Source: a virus
Lineage: Duplodnaviria; Caudoviricetes
Length of the DNA: 64,000 nucleotides
Virus record (IMG/VR): IMGVR_UViG_3300031555_001469
Direction: 5' to 3' (one strand)
Shown here: positions 19,083-29,543 of the stretch, in pieces
How the letters are laid out: every line of letters begins with the position of its first letter
Position numbering within the stretch: position 1 is the stretch's first letter
Made by a program: the position numbers and the translations under genes
The notes under the pieces: generated by a model
Told to the model about the DNA's origin: nothing
Databases searched by the model: none
What the model saw: the letters and a program-made list of their open reading frames with translations, nothing else

Positions 19083-20702
19083 TTAGGATACCATAATAAG
19101 TATCTTAACTTTTCCAATATCATCGGTATCTTTATTTTCTAAAGCTTTACCGATAATTGTTCCAGGAATAACAATATTTCTATCCTGAGTTATTCCTACA
19201 CCAGGTACATCTGAAGGGATAATAAGATCACCTTTAGATACAGTACCTTTTACTTTTACATATAATCGTCCTGCTAAACCAACAGGTACGAACTTCTTAT
19301 GGTTATCTTCCATATCTTCTAATTGTTCTCCTCCGACAATATGGCCATAGGAATCAGAATAAACACCAACGACCATAGTATCTCCATAACAACTAGATTT
19401 AGTTACACCAGATTCTGCCCAAGAGACAATATCTCCCGGTTCAAATTCTTCGTGTATATTCTCTTTCTCAAACCACTCGGCATAGTCGTTCCAAACTGCG
19501 TTGTAAACTTTACTACCAGTGATTGTACCAGAAGCATTAATAGCTCCAGCTTTAAAAGTTACAGAATTTATTGATAAAGTACCACTAGCAGATTCAATAA
19601 TTCTTGATGTATAATCTGCAGTAGAACTACCAAAATGGAAATCAATATATGGTGTAGCTGCAAAAAGCTCCATACATTGACTTTCGAAAGTAGTACCTTT
19701 AATTGTAGCAGCACAATAAAAACTCTTTCCGCCAGATACTTTTACATATGTAGTATCTTCCATAAAAATACCGCCACCATAAGTACTATTGTACCACCCG
19801 TTACTGTATATATTTGCACATTTAACTGGAGCGTTAGCTGCTCCATCTTGAGCCATAAAATTAAATACGCCTGTATTATCCATTAATAACGAAGCTGCTA
19901 TAACACCATTCCAATGGAATCCTATAGAAGGAGCATATCCTATTGTAGATTGAGTATTGCCAACTAATCCATTTTCTCTTATAGTTATGGCAGCATTGTT
20001 AAACCTATTTGCAGCTGTAGCTGTATATATACCGGCTGGTTCAAATAATCTTTTTCCGTTCATATTTATATCTCCAGTCATGATACCACCAGAGAGTTTT
20101 AAATATGATTTAGAAATATTACTAACTGCTTCAGATACGGTAGTACCTGAATCACTAACATCAGTAGATCCGACCCTAGCAATTAAACTTATTAAATCGC
20201 TTACTGCTTTAGAAACAGTAGCAAATAATGTAGTTAATTTACTTCCGCTACTAATTTTTGTTAATTCTGTAGCTTCTGTATAAGCAACCGTAGTATTGCT
20301 CGCATTTCCTGATAAAGTAAGATAGTCACTAAGATCCACTTTTTCTGTTTCAAGAATCTGAAGCTCTTCGCCATCCCACCAATAGTCAGGATTGTACATA
20401 TCTTTGATTAATAAAGTCGTACCTATTTTGAGTCCAGCTTTATTTGTCTCTACTGCTAACCATGCATCTAAATCAGCTTTGGTTTCAAATACAATAGCAG
20501 ATACTTTATCGAGCGCTGTTTGTAACGCTAAATTAGCTAAATCTTTTACTTCTGGAACTTCACCTAAAAGATAATCGATATCAGCCCTATTTTCAGTAAT
20601 ATTTTTTGGAAATGTGTTATCCACTAAATATTTATCTTCTTTAGACATTAACCCATCTCTTGCAGATGTAGCAAAAGATCTAGGCAAATTATTATGAAGC
20701 AT
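19083..20702 (-). CDS. Tail fibre protein B with C-terminal intramolecular chaperone (peptidase G2-like)
   Basis: MLHNNLPRSFAT..RDGLMSKEDK N-terminus; PYIDFHF...DYTSRI; WNDYAEWF...VGLAGRLYVKV...IIGKALE. Confidence 0.75.
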   Translation of the reverse strand: MLHNNLPRSFATSARDGLMSKEDKYLVDNTFPKNITENRADIDYLLGEVPEVKDLANLALQTALDKVSAIVFETKADLDAWLAVETNKAGLKIGTTLLIKDMYNPDYWWDGEELQILETEKVDLSDYLTLSGNASNTTVAYTEATELTKISSGSKLTTLFATVSKAVSDLISLIARVGSTDVSDSGTTVSEAVSNISKSYLKLSGGIMTGDINMNGKRLFEPAGIYTATAANRFNNAAITIRENGLVGNTQSTIGYAPSIGFHWNGVIAASLLMDNTGVFNFMAQDGAANAPVKCANIYSNGWYNSTYGGGIFMEDTTYVKVSGGKSFYCAATIKGTTFESQCMELFAATPYIDFHFGSSTADYTSRIIESASGTLSINSVTFKAGAINASGTITGSKVYNAVWNDYAEWFEKENIHEEFEPGDIVSWAESGVTKSSCYGDTMVVGVYSDSYGHIVGGEQLEDMEDNHKKFVPVGLAGRLYVKVKGTVSKGDLIIPSDVPGVGITQDRNIVIPGTIIGKALENKDTDDIGKVKILIMVS

Positions 20703-20747
20703 ATATTATCATCTCCTTCTTTTTAATTTTATCTAAAAATTAATTAT

Positions 20748-20759
20748 TATAAGGATGTT
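20748..20759 (-). promoter_or_regulatory. Late-type promoter AACA-N6-TA for tail fibre B and target A1
   Basis: Minus strand AACA-TCCTTA-TA. Confidence 0.6.
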
Positions 20760-20848
20760 TTTCCTTAAAAGGTGGATATAGATTAGATATTACGGTTTCC
20801 ACATATTAATAATATTGGGTATTTGCACCAGAAAAGGAGGTAACGGAT

Positions 20849-20944
20849 ATGGAAGAATACATCAATGAATTAGAAGAAGTTGACTTTATGCCAGACGAAG
20901 ATTCTGGTGACGATGAAGAAGAGGAGGAAGGAAAGAATGAGTAA
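20849..20944 (+). CDS. 31-aa acidic peptide (MEEYINELEEVDFMPDEDSGDDEEEEEGKNE), not in ORF track
   Basis: AAAGGAGGT SD; its 3' end overlaps the lysin start codon. Confidence 0.55.
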   Translation: MEEYINELEEVDFMPDEDSGDDEEEEEGKNE

Positions 20945-23057
20945 AATTCTTTACGTACTTGACCCTGGTCACACTAAAGATTATAATAAAGGTGTAGCGC
21001 CGGGATATTATGAAGGTAACAAAATGCAGATATTAGCAGCTGCTCAGAAGAAATATTTAGAGCAGTATGGAATTACTGCAATACTTACTAAGGAATCTGC
21101 TAAAGAAAACCCTAGCTTATCTGCTAGAGGCAAGTTAGCAGTTACCAAGGGAAAAGGTTATGATATCGTAATCTTTGAAAGCTTACACACAAATGCTCCT
21201 GGTTCTGGAGATAGAGAAAAGATTTATGGAGTAAAGGCTATCAGATCTAAGTATTTACCTGATAGCGATCCGTTTATCACAACTCTTATGAATACAGTGG
21301 CAGAAACAATGAAAAAGGGTACTGGTGTAACTTATGTAAGAAACACTGGTACTAGAATGGGCTCTGATGGAAAGACTGATTATTATGGTGTAATCAGAGC
21401 AGCAGTTCAGAGTGCTACTTCTGTAGAAAAGGCAGCTAAGGGGCCTGTTCAGTATGCATTTATTACAGAACATGGATTCCATACAAACTCTGCAGAATGT
21501 GCTTGGTTAAATGATGAAAAGAATTTGGATCTTTTAGCAAAAAATAAAGCAGCTAAGATTGCTGAATGGTTTGGTTTAGCTTCTACTGATAAGGATGAAG
21601 AGGAAGATGAAATTCTTACTTCTATTATGGGTGCAGCTTCCTGTACAGCAGAACAGATGGCAGCTTATTTATTATCTGTAAACCCTAATGCAGGTGTATA
21701 TGCTACTGATATCCCTAAGTTATTCCTTGAAGAAGGAGCAGTTGAAGGAGTAAGAGGAGACATTGCATTTGCTCAGTCTTGTCATGAGACTGGTAACTTT
21801 AAGTTTACTGGTGATGTAGTTCCTGAACAGAATAACTTCGCTGGTATTGGTACTACAGGTGGTGGTGTTAAGGGTGCTTATTTTGAGAGTCCTAGATTAG
21901 GAGTAAGAGCTCAGATCCAGCATCTTAAAGCATATGCTACTAAAACTTTATTAAAGCAGGAATGTATCGATCCAAGATTCGGTCTTGTTACAAGAGGTAT
22001 CGCTCCGAATGTAGAAGACTTAGGGGGAAGATGGGCATATCCTGGTTACGCAACTTCTACGTACAATTCTTTAATTGAAGCAAAAGAAGCTAAGGATTCT
22101 TATGGTCATAAGATTGTAAAGATTCTTAACAAGATTGCTGCTATTGAAGTTAAAGAAGAAACTATCGAAGAAGATTCCAAACAGGAAGGCGAATTATACA
22201 TCGTAGCATCCGCTTGCACTAAGAAGAGTGTATATGTGGATAGAGTTGGTGCCTTCAGATTATTAGACAATGCTATTGCTAAAGCAAAGTCTGAAAATAA
22301 GAAGGTATTTGCTGATAGTACAGGAGCACAGGTGTATCCTGAACCTGAAGTAAAACCAGTTGCTAAATATTATAGAGTAGCTAAGAATTTCACAAATGGT
22401 AAATATGTTGGTCAGACCGGCGCTTTCAGTGTTTTAGTAAACGCTGTTAAGAATTGCGGAGAAGGTCTTCAGGTATTTAGCCCAGACGGAGAACCTTTAT
22501 ATCCTAAGTTTAAGAATACTAAGGTAGAAGGAAATCCTGGTACAATTCATATCATTAAGGACGGAGATTTTGGTGAAGGTGTTGAACTTCATTATACTCC
22601 AGAATATGGTGATGCTAACCTTGATAAAGTTCATGGTCCAGCACACTTAGGAAATGTATATGATGTAGTAGGTACTGTAACTTATAATGATAATACATTC
22701 TATTTATTATCTAATGGGAGTTACATTACCATATCTACCACATACGTTAAGTTTACTAAGAAAGAAACTAAGTTAACTTATACTGCTGGTAGATATAAAA
22801 CAACTGATGTTATGGCATTAAGAGAAGGCCCTGGTACTACTTATGACAGGGTAGATTGGAATAAGATGACTGCATCTGCTAGAAAAAATAATCCTGATAA
22901 GGGCACTGGTGCTTATTATAGAAAGGGTTGTACTTTCTATGCTTATGAAGTAGTAAATACAGATAAGACAGCTTGGGCTAGAACCCCATCTGGATGGATT
23001 TGTATTGAAGGTCCAAATAAGAATAAGCAGGTTAAGTATTGTACTCCTGTAAAATAA
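20937..23057 (+). CDS. Multidomain cell-wall hydrolase: amidase_3 + GH73 glucosaminidase + C-terminal SH3b-like binding region
   Basis: LDPGH...E, SLHTNA, TEHGFHTN; AQSCHETG, NNFAGIG; ALREGPGT.Y, WARTPSGWI. Confidence 0.85.
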   Translation: MSKILYVLDPGHTKDYNKGVAPGYYEGNKMQILAAAQKKYLEQYGITAILTKESAKENPSLSARGKLAVTKGKGYDIVIFESLHTNAPGSGDREKIYGVKAIRSKYLPDSDPFITTLMNTVAETMKKGTGVTYVRNTGTRMGSDGKTDYYGVIRAAVQSATSVEKAAKGPVQYAFITEHGFHTNSAECAWLNDEKNLDLLAKNKAAKIAEWFGLASTDKDEEEDEILTSIMGAASCTAEQMAAYLLSVNPNAGVYATDIPKLFLEEGAVEGVRGDIAFAQSCHETGNFKFTGDVVPEQNNFAGIGTTGGGVKGAYFESPRLGVRAQIQHLKAYATKTLLKQECIDPRFGLVTRGIAPNVEDLGGRWAYPGYATSTYNSLIEAKEAKDSYGHKIVKILNKIAAIEVKEETIEEDSKQEGELYIVASACTKKSVYVDRVGAFRLLDNAIAKAKSENKKVFADSTGAQVYPEPEVKPVAKYYRVAKNFTNGKYVGQTGAFSVLVNAVKNCGEGLQVFSPDGEPLYPKFKNTKVEGNPGTIHIIKDGDFGEGVELHYTPEYGDANLDKVHGPAHLGNVYDVVGTVTYNDNTFYLLSNGSYITISTTYVKFTKKETKLTYTAGRYKTTDVMALREGPGTTYDRVDWNKMTASARKNNPDKGTGAYYRKGCTFYAYEVVNTDKTAWARTPSGWICIEGPNKNKQVKYCTPVK

Positions 23058-23075
23058 AAAAGAAATGAGGGAACC

Positions 23076-23831
23076 TTAAACGGTTCCCTCATTTTTGTGT
23101 GTAATAGGATTATATACATAATCTACTATAGTCAAATATACATTATATCCATTTACTTTAACACCACTTGTTGTACGAGTATATTGAAATATAGTACCTG
23201 TTAAATAATTTATCAAAGGTGCTGGATCTTGGAATATTCCTAATGATTTAATAACAAATGTCTCGACAGTGCTATCCTTTCTATTATCAATAGTAAGAAT
23301 TAAACTATCATTGCTAAGTAATTCGTCATAATTTATATTGAATATCCTATTAGGAATAATTCTCTTTAATATATTAAAATAAGTATATTTTTCAGAAGCT
23401 TTGATATAATTATATTCTTGCATCGATTTTCTATATAAATCTAATACAAATGAATCCACCATAAACTTCAATCTCATTTGAATAATATGCTGATTGTCTG
23501 TTACATATTTAATAGCTAATTGATCAGCAACAAGTTCTAATTCATTCGGATCAGATTTGACTAAGTCTTGAGTCGAATGTATTAATTCATGAAAGATTGT
23601 ATGAATTATAAATGTCTTATTAGCATCATCGGAATCACCAATATAAACCAATGTATTTACATACAAGGTAATTTTATTTGGAAATGTAAATAATCCAAAT
23701 CTTGGTATATTAGAGTGATCATACTCCAGCTGATAATTTTTAGGATCTTTCCCCATTATTTCACAGCATAATTTAAAAGCTGGTCTAATAAAATCGTCAA
23801 AATCAACTAAACTTAAATAATGTCTTTGCAT
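23076..23831 (-). CDS. HExxH metallopeptidase-like protein
   Basis: IFHELIHSTQ...E..AD; SD fits ATG 23831. Confidence 0.5.
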   Translation of the reverse strand: MQRHYLSLVDFDDFIRPAFKLCCEIMGKDPKNYQLEYDHSNIPRFGLFTFPNKITLYVNTLVYIGDSDDANKTFIIHTIFHELIHSTQDLVKSDPNELELVADQLAIKYVTDNQHIIQMRLKFMVDSFVLDLYRKSMQEYNYIKASEKYTYFNILKRIIPNRIFNINYDELLSNDSLILTIDNRKDSTVETFVIKSLGIFQDPAPLINYLTGTIFQYTRTTSGVKVNGYNVYLTIVDYVYNPITHKNEGTV

Positions 23832-23896
23832 AATTTTAATCCCCTTTCTTATTTTCACATAAATATAATATATAGTTTAAAAGGAGGTTAAAAGAT

Positions 23897-24661
23897 ATGG
23901 CTAATAATATAACCGATTTATTAAATAAAGCCGAACGTAGATTAGGTCTTAGACAAATAAATCTTCCTAAAGATTTGGCTAAAGATACTTGGGCTGATAT
24001 TATCGAAGAAGATACTTTACCTACATGGTCCAGATTCTATCCTCATAAAATAAGAGTTAAATTAGGTCCAGAGTTTAGAAAGAATGGATATTATTTCTTA
24101 GATAAGGTTATCCCAGAAGGCTGTAAAATTATAGGTGTAAAAGATATTGGGTGGGATGAATATTCTACAAATGGTTCTACACCTGGTCAGTCTATGGGGT
24201 ATGGCGTATATGATTATTTAGCATCAGGTAGTTTAGATTTATCTGATTTGATGCTTGCTCAATGTGCTGCTGATGTACAATCATTATTCTCTATGGGAAT
24301 ATATATTGATTTCCAGGCACCTAATAAAATTAGACTGGTTAATGTATATAATCAGGCAGTAACTGGATATGGAAGTAGTTTCCCAGTAGATATTTTCTTG
24401 CAGCATAATATTAATCTGAGTACAATATCTCCTACAAAGATGGAGACATTTGAATCACTTGCTATAGCCGATATAGCAAATTATTTATATGAGAATCTGA
24501 AATATTATGATGGATTAGAAACCATCTTTGGTAATGTAGATTTACATCTTGATACTCTTCAGACTTGGGCTGGAAAGAGAGAAGAAGTTGTACAGAAATT
24601 AGAAGATTCTTATGTATCTGCTGGTAACGAAAACCAGCCTATCATGATGACAATTAATTAA
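23897..24661 (+). CDS. Putative virion structural protein (neck/head-tail type, tentative)
   Basis: 254 aa, strong SD, late-type promoter variant CACA-N6-TA at 23856. Confidence 0.35.
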   Translation: MANNITDLLNKAERRLGLRQINLPKDLAKDTWADIIEEDTLPTWSRFYPHKIRVKLGPEFRKNGYYFLDKVIPEGCKIIGVKDIGWDEYSTNGSTPGQSMGYGVYDYLASGSLDLSDLMLAQCAADVQSLFSMGIYIDFQAPNKIRLVNVYNQAVTGYGSSFPVDIFLQHNINLSTISPTKMETFESLAIADIANYLYENLKYYDGLETIFGNVDLHLDTLQTWAGKREEVVQKLEDSYVSAGNENQPIMMTIN

Positions 24662-24694
24662 AAAATAAAAGAGGGTAAGAGCTAATCAATGCTC

Positions 24695-25453
24695 TTACCC
24701 CATTAATCCGTTCATCTTATCGAAGAACGATGTGTTCTTTGTAGGAACCTTTCGACCCTCTACACCTCTGACCTGTTGGTCTTGGTCTATACGGTCATCA
24801 ATAGAACCAGTATCTTTAATATTCTGCATACTATAAAGATTGGTTCCGAACTCTGGTCTCTGAAGATAATTAATCATATTCTGTGCAGACTGAAACATGT
24901 TTAAACTCTTCAATATGTATAATATACCCTGAAACTCATCAAAGGTTATATCTACATAATTTTCATAAGATGATAAATACAATCTTATACCAGTAGCATA
25001 ATCGCCGTTAGGAAATGATATAGCTTTTGGAATAGCTTCTAGCCATTTACCCATTGGCAAGTATTCAATTTTAATAGGACTTACTGATCTTTGGACTACT
25101 AATTCGCCATCTTCTTTTCTAGCAAATAAACCATGGAACTTCTTGTCCACAAACCAGTTAAAGATATCTTCAAGCATAGCTACTAATGATAAATAATGGT
25201 TAACGCCTACCATTACATATGCTCCTCGATAATCTTCTATTGATAAAAAGTATTCAAAGTTTCTAGTCATATTATAAACTACTTGATTAGCTTTATCATA
25301 GAAGTATCCTACTTCTTTATGATAATTAACCCTACCCTTATTATCAGAATAGGTGTTTAGTTTCACATTTAGTTTTATAATAAATCTACCATTACCGTAG
25401 ACCACATCACTTATTTTTTCATAATCTTTATTTTCTATTTTAATAGGTTGCAA
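24695..25453 (-). CDS. Hypothetical protein
   Basis: 252-aa ORF, TTG start with SD. Confidence 0.6.
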   Translation of the reverse strand: MQPIKIENKDYEKISDVVYGNGRFIIKLNVKLNTYSDNKGRVNYHKEVGYFYDKANQVVYNMTRNFEYFLSIEDYRGAYVMVGVNHYLSLVAMLEDIFNWFVDKKFHGLFARKEDGELVVQRSVSPIKIEYLPMGKWLEAIPKAISFPNGDYATGIRLYLSSYENYVDITFDEFQGILYILKSLNMFQSAQNMINYLQRPEFGTNLYSMQNIKDTGSIDDRIDQDQQVRGVEGRKVPTKNTSFFDKMNGLMG

Positions 25454-25548
25454 ATTATCACCCCTTTATTATAATTAATAATAAGTTTCCGAAAAAATAA
25501 AAATATATACAGGGGTACTTTTATTGTACCCCTGTATGAGAATTTGAT

Positions 25549-26658
25549 TTAAGCTACTACAATCTGGGCTCCGCCTTCAAAGAAGTTGAAGTTTAACTTG
25601 GTGTATCTGCCGTTGATAATTCTATCAGTGGTTAATACAAAAGTATTCTTATCAACTACACTTGTGAGCTTAAAATCAAATGGGTTGGCTGGAGCATCTC
25701 CTAAGTACTGAGATAACTCCTGGAGTGTATCAAAGTTGTCGAACGTTCTAGAAATACGTTCGCCAATTGTTTTCTTCATCTCTTTATTCTTTACCATAAA
25801 GAGAGAAGATGTATCAAAATAGGCTCCGATATTTGGAGTCCAATTGATGTCTTCCCCATGACATCCGCAGTTTGGATCTGTGCACTTATGTTCATGGGCT
25901 GTTTCTTCCTTCTTAGCTTCTTCGGAAGATGCTGCAGAATTCTTAGCATTCTTCTTATCCTTCTTAGAAGTCTTATTCTCCTTAACTGCCGGAGCTTCTG
26001 TTGGTCTCAGAGTTTTCTGAGCACCCGTTGGTGTCGGATTTTCGGTCATCATTGCCTTGCTAAAATCAAGTTCGATCTTACCATCAGGTAAAACTTCCTT
26101 GATAATAGGAGCAACTGGATCAAGGGCTGCCTTGAGGTTTTCTACGATCTCATTAGCCTGTTCCTCTACAGCATCCATACCGTTATCAGAGATTTCCTGA
26201 GCTGCCTGTTCATCTGCCTTCAGCTCTTCATTCTCTCTGATGTTCTTAAGGTACTTATCCGGGTGATTGATATAGTCTACAATATCAAATCCTGGATCCA
26301 TCACCATCTCTTTAATAGTTTCTTCAGAGATATGTTCGAATGCAGTCATAGCCATTGTAGGCTCTACTCCATTCTCATAGCAATCTACCAAATATCCAAT
26401 AAGCTGCTCGGATAATCTCTTGATTGCTTCTGCCGCCTTAGGTTCTACGTTTTCGATAGCACCTAAAATCTGGTTCTGGATTTCTTCGACCATAGAATCA
26501 ATTGCCTTGCGGAACTCTTCTGCCTTCTCCGCCTCGATTTTTTCCGTAAGAGAAGTTAAGGCCGAAGCCTTATTTGCGGATGTTAATGCTGTCTGCAAAT
26601 CACCCAAAAATCTGTTTTCGTTTGCTGCTGCTAAAATGCTTCTTCTGATAATATTCAT
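25549..26658 (-). CDS. Hypothetical protein (early-type promoter)
   Basis: AAGGAGG SD before ATG 26658; TATATTAT on minus strand at 26734-26741. Confidence 0.65.
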   Translation of the reverse strand: MNIIRRSILAAANENRFLGDLQTALTSANKASALTSLTEKIEAEKAEEFRKAIDSMVEEIQNQILGAIENVEPKAAEAIKRLSEQLIGYLVDCYENGVEPTMAMTAFEHISEETIKEMVMDPGFDIVDYINHPDKYLKNIRENEELKADEQAAQEISDNGMDAVEEQANEIVENLKAALDPVAPIIKEVLPDGKIELDFSKAMMTENPTPTGAQKTLRPTEAPAVKENKTSKKDKKNAKNSAASSEEAKKEETAHEHKCTDPNCGCHGEDINWTPNIGAYFDTSSLFMVKNKEMKKTIGERISRTFDNFDTLQELSQYLGDAPANPFDFKLTSVVDKNTFVLTTDRIINGRYTKLNFNFFEGGAQIVVA

Positions 26659-26783
26659 GTTTTTGTCCTCCTTATGAACAATAAATTTAATTATGTTTTT
26701 AGTTACATTGACACACTCCACTGTATCATGACTATAATATACAACTATTTTTCATTTATTTAACAAAAGGAACCCAGGATGCT

Positions 26784-28349
26784 TTATTGACATCCTGGGT
26801 TAATCTTGATAGCTTTTATAATAGGAGCATTTTCACTCTGGCTTCTTATAATTGGAAGAACTGATTTAGCTCTAATATCCATAACTTCATTAGACCGTTC
26901 ATTGAGTACCCTATCCGGGTATACATCTTTATTACATTCAGTAGCATACTTTTCAAATACAGGTTTCTTCTGAACATAATATCTTTTACATTGATAGAAT
27001 CCTTCGTCTACTACTTCATAGTAGTTAGTATCCTTTGCTCTAGTTCTTCCTAAAGATTGTCTAGCTAATACTTCCGATTTGAATGGTTCAGCCAATACAA
27101 AAGTGTTTTCTAAACCTTTTATATCAATTGCTGCACCACAAGACTTAGTTGTTGATAAAATTATCTTTTTGGATAATTCATCGCTCTTATTCTCCGTAGT
27201 CAGGGTAGTATAGATACCAACCTGTCCGAGAAATTCTGGATAATGATCTATGATCCAGTCTCTAACTTTCACTATAGCTTCATTAGTTCCAATGTATATA
27301 AGATTCTTTCCTTTAGACTTCTTTATATAATCAAAGATTATGATATGAAGTAGTCTATAGAAATTTTCTCTATCTACTACATAATTAGTATAGTAGTTTC
27401 TATTAAATCCGTAGGCATTCTTTGAAGCAGATACCTGCTGAGCCGATGGATGTGAATTAAAATGAATTGAAGTATAAGATGTTCTAGGATCATCTTCTGG
27501 ATCAAATAAATCAATAGATGGAATATTCTTGAAATACAACTGATAAATATCATTTTCATCTTTATCTGATCTTGCTGGTGTAGCAGTCAGATACAGAGTC
27601 TTATATGTATCAGTATGGAAATCAATCAAACAAATATTATCTATATTAAGATGAGCCTCATCATAAATCTTTAAACCAATTCCTAAGAAATCAAATAACT
27701 CTCCTACTTTATCCCATCCATGTTTAGATCCATAACTCTTAATAGTGTTATGGCTGAATAGGAATATCTTATAGTGAGAAGATTTCATATTAAGTAATTT
27801 ATATATAGACGCTGTACCAGATATGATAGCAACATCTTTTGGAGAAATATCTGTATAATCAACGATACATTTCTTCCACTGTTCTAATAATTGAATAGAA
27901 CCGCAAATAATAGCACTTCTAACTTTCATCCAAGTTATACTGGCTATAGATACATATGTCTTACCTTTACCAGTATTAAGATTTACAGATAATTGAGAAC
28001 GAGCCTGATTATGTCTAAACTCTCCCTCACCAATAATAAATCTTAAAGCTGTTTTCTGTACATCGTCTCTAGGTAAGTACTTTACAAATACATCATCTTC
28101 TATAGGAGTTACTTTATCATAACTTCTATCTACATAAGCAGTACAATCAAAAAGACGCTCAAGCCATCTTACATCAATTCCTCTAGGAACTAATAACTTT
28201 TTCTCTTCTTCATTATACTCTATACACTTATACCTTACAGTAAAATATACTGGGTCCCATATAGAGAAACAATTCTCTAACCTAGGGCAATCCCCCAATT
28301 CATAATTATTTATTTCAATCCTTGTATGTTTTACAACAATTTTATTCAT
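26784..28349 (-). CDS. Superfamily 2 DExH helicase (UvsW-like)
   Basis: TGKGKT, IYDEAH, LTATP, QSLGRTR. Confidence 0.85.
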   Translation of the reverse strand: MNKIVVKHTRIEINNYELGDCPRLENCFSIWDPVYFTVRYKCIEYNEEEKKLLVPRGIDVRWLERLFDCTAYVDRSYDKVTPIEDDVFVKYLPRDDVQKTALRFIIGEGEFRHNQARSQLSVNLNTGKGKTYVSIASITWMKVRSAIICGSIQLLEQWKKCIVDYTDISPKDVAIISGTASIYKLLNMKSSHYKIFLFSHNTIKSYGSKHGWDKVGELFDFLGIGLKIYDEAHLNIDNICLIDFHTDTYKTLYLTATPARSDKDENDIYQLYFKNIPSIDLFDPEDDPRTSYTSIHFNSHPSAQQVSASKNAYGFNRNYYTNYVVDRENFYRLLHIIIFDYIKKSKGKNLIYIGTNEAIVKVRDWIIDHYPEFLGQVGIYTTLTTENKSDELSKKIILSTTKSCGAAIDIKGLENTFVLAEPFKSEVLARQSLGRTRAKDTNYYEVVDEGFYQCKRYYVQKKPVFEKYATECNKDVYPDRVLNERSNEVMDIRAKSVLPIIRSQSENAPIIKAIKINPGCQ

Positions 28350-28454
28350 CGTAATCACTCCTTTTTCCGTTTACTCAGATGTCAGAAAAACTTTAAAAAG
28401 GTACTGGGTAATACAGAAAACATTATTATAAAATTATTAAGGAGGTGTCTTATT

Positions 28455-29057
28455 ATGGAATTCAAAACTTTTATATGTGCAGCTATCCTGTATAATCATA
28501 ATATCAATATGATGAATTGGAATGCTTATGGAGTAGATTACCGTAAAATTAAAGAAGAGACATGCAGATTTAGAAGTGCTATAAACGAGATTTTAACATG
28601 GAGAGCAGATGATTTAATCGGTATGGATTTTGTATATCCTACATATGAAGAAGTAATATCTGTATTATCTGAATCAGAAAAAGATTTTCTTCATTTTGAT
28701 GAGGCTAGAAAATTCACTGATTATACTGAAGTAGTTAGCTTATGCTACACAATGATTAAAGATCTTTGTGAATGTGTACATGAAGTTGATGAAGATTGTT
28801 TAGATTGTATTGAGAAGTCTCTTAATAGTATCTATAATGATTATAAGAGAATGTGTGATAATATGGAAATCGAACACGATGAACCCGAAGAACATCATGA
28901 TGAAGAACCGGGTTATGTAGATTTTGACTCTGATGAGGGTGAAGACGACTTACCAGATATTGATTTAGATTTTGATGATGAAGAGCCAGAAACCGATTCT
29001 CCAGAAACGGATGATAATGATTTAACAGATTTCGGATTCCCAATCTCAGAAGATTAA
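28455..29057 (+). CDS. Hypothetical protein with acidic C-terminus
   Basis: AAGGAGGT SD before ATG 28455; AACA-N6-TA at 28419. Confidence 0.6.
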   Translation: MEFKTFICAAILYNHNINMMNWNAYGVDYRKIKEETCRFRSAINEILTWRADDLIGMDFVYPTYEEVISVLSESEKDFLHFDEARKFTDYTEVVSLCYTMIKDLCECVHEVDEDCLDCIEKSLNSIYNDYKRMCDNMEIEHDEPEEHHDEEPGYVDFDSDEGEDDLPDIDLDFDDEEPETDSPETDDNDLTDFGFPISED

Positions 29058-29121
29058 AAAAAATGAGATAAGGTTATAAATTAGAGGCGAAGATCTTTAA
29101 AAGATCTTCGCCTCTAAAATA

Positions 29122-29337
29122 TTACATAAGATCAATATAGATGATTATACCATCATCTATATCATTTCCTATAGAGATCTCATCTACAATCGCATTAGAG
29201 TTACATTCTCTTGGAAATTGAAATCCATAGTGTAAGTAATCGAGTCTTTCGACAAGTGTCTTGTTATTGTCTCTAATGTATAAACATCCCTGATCAAAAT
29301 TTCTAAATCCATCCACTACCATTTTTAATGTCATCAT
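29122..29337 (-). CDS. Small hypothetical protein behind duplicated promoter cassette
   Basis: AGGAGG SD before ATG 29337. Confidence 0.55.
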   Translation of the reverse strand: MMTLKMVVDGFRNFDQGCLYIRDNNKTLVERLDYLHYGFQFPRECNSNAIVDEISIGNDIDDGIIIYIDLM

Positions 29338-29413
29338 TATTACTAGCGCCTCCTGCGCATGTCTTCTTATACCCCCCGTAGTATTATGAACTCTTTGGTT
29401 CGGATATATGAAT

Positions 29414-29454
29414 GATAAGTAATTATTTCTTCTTATCACTACTATAATATACAA
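29414..29454 (-). repeat. 41-bp exact repeat, copy 1 (early-promoter cassette)
   Basis: GATAAGTAATTATTTCTTCTTATCACTACTATAATATACAA, identical at 38385..38425. Confidence 0.85.
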
Positions 29455-29543
29455 GTAAAATACACGACTTTTACGGATCATAGAAAAAATAAAAGGCTAG
29501 GTAGTTAATTCTACCTAGCCTCTTCAAATGTTAATTTAATTCA

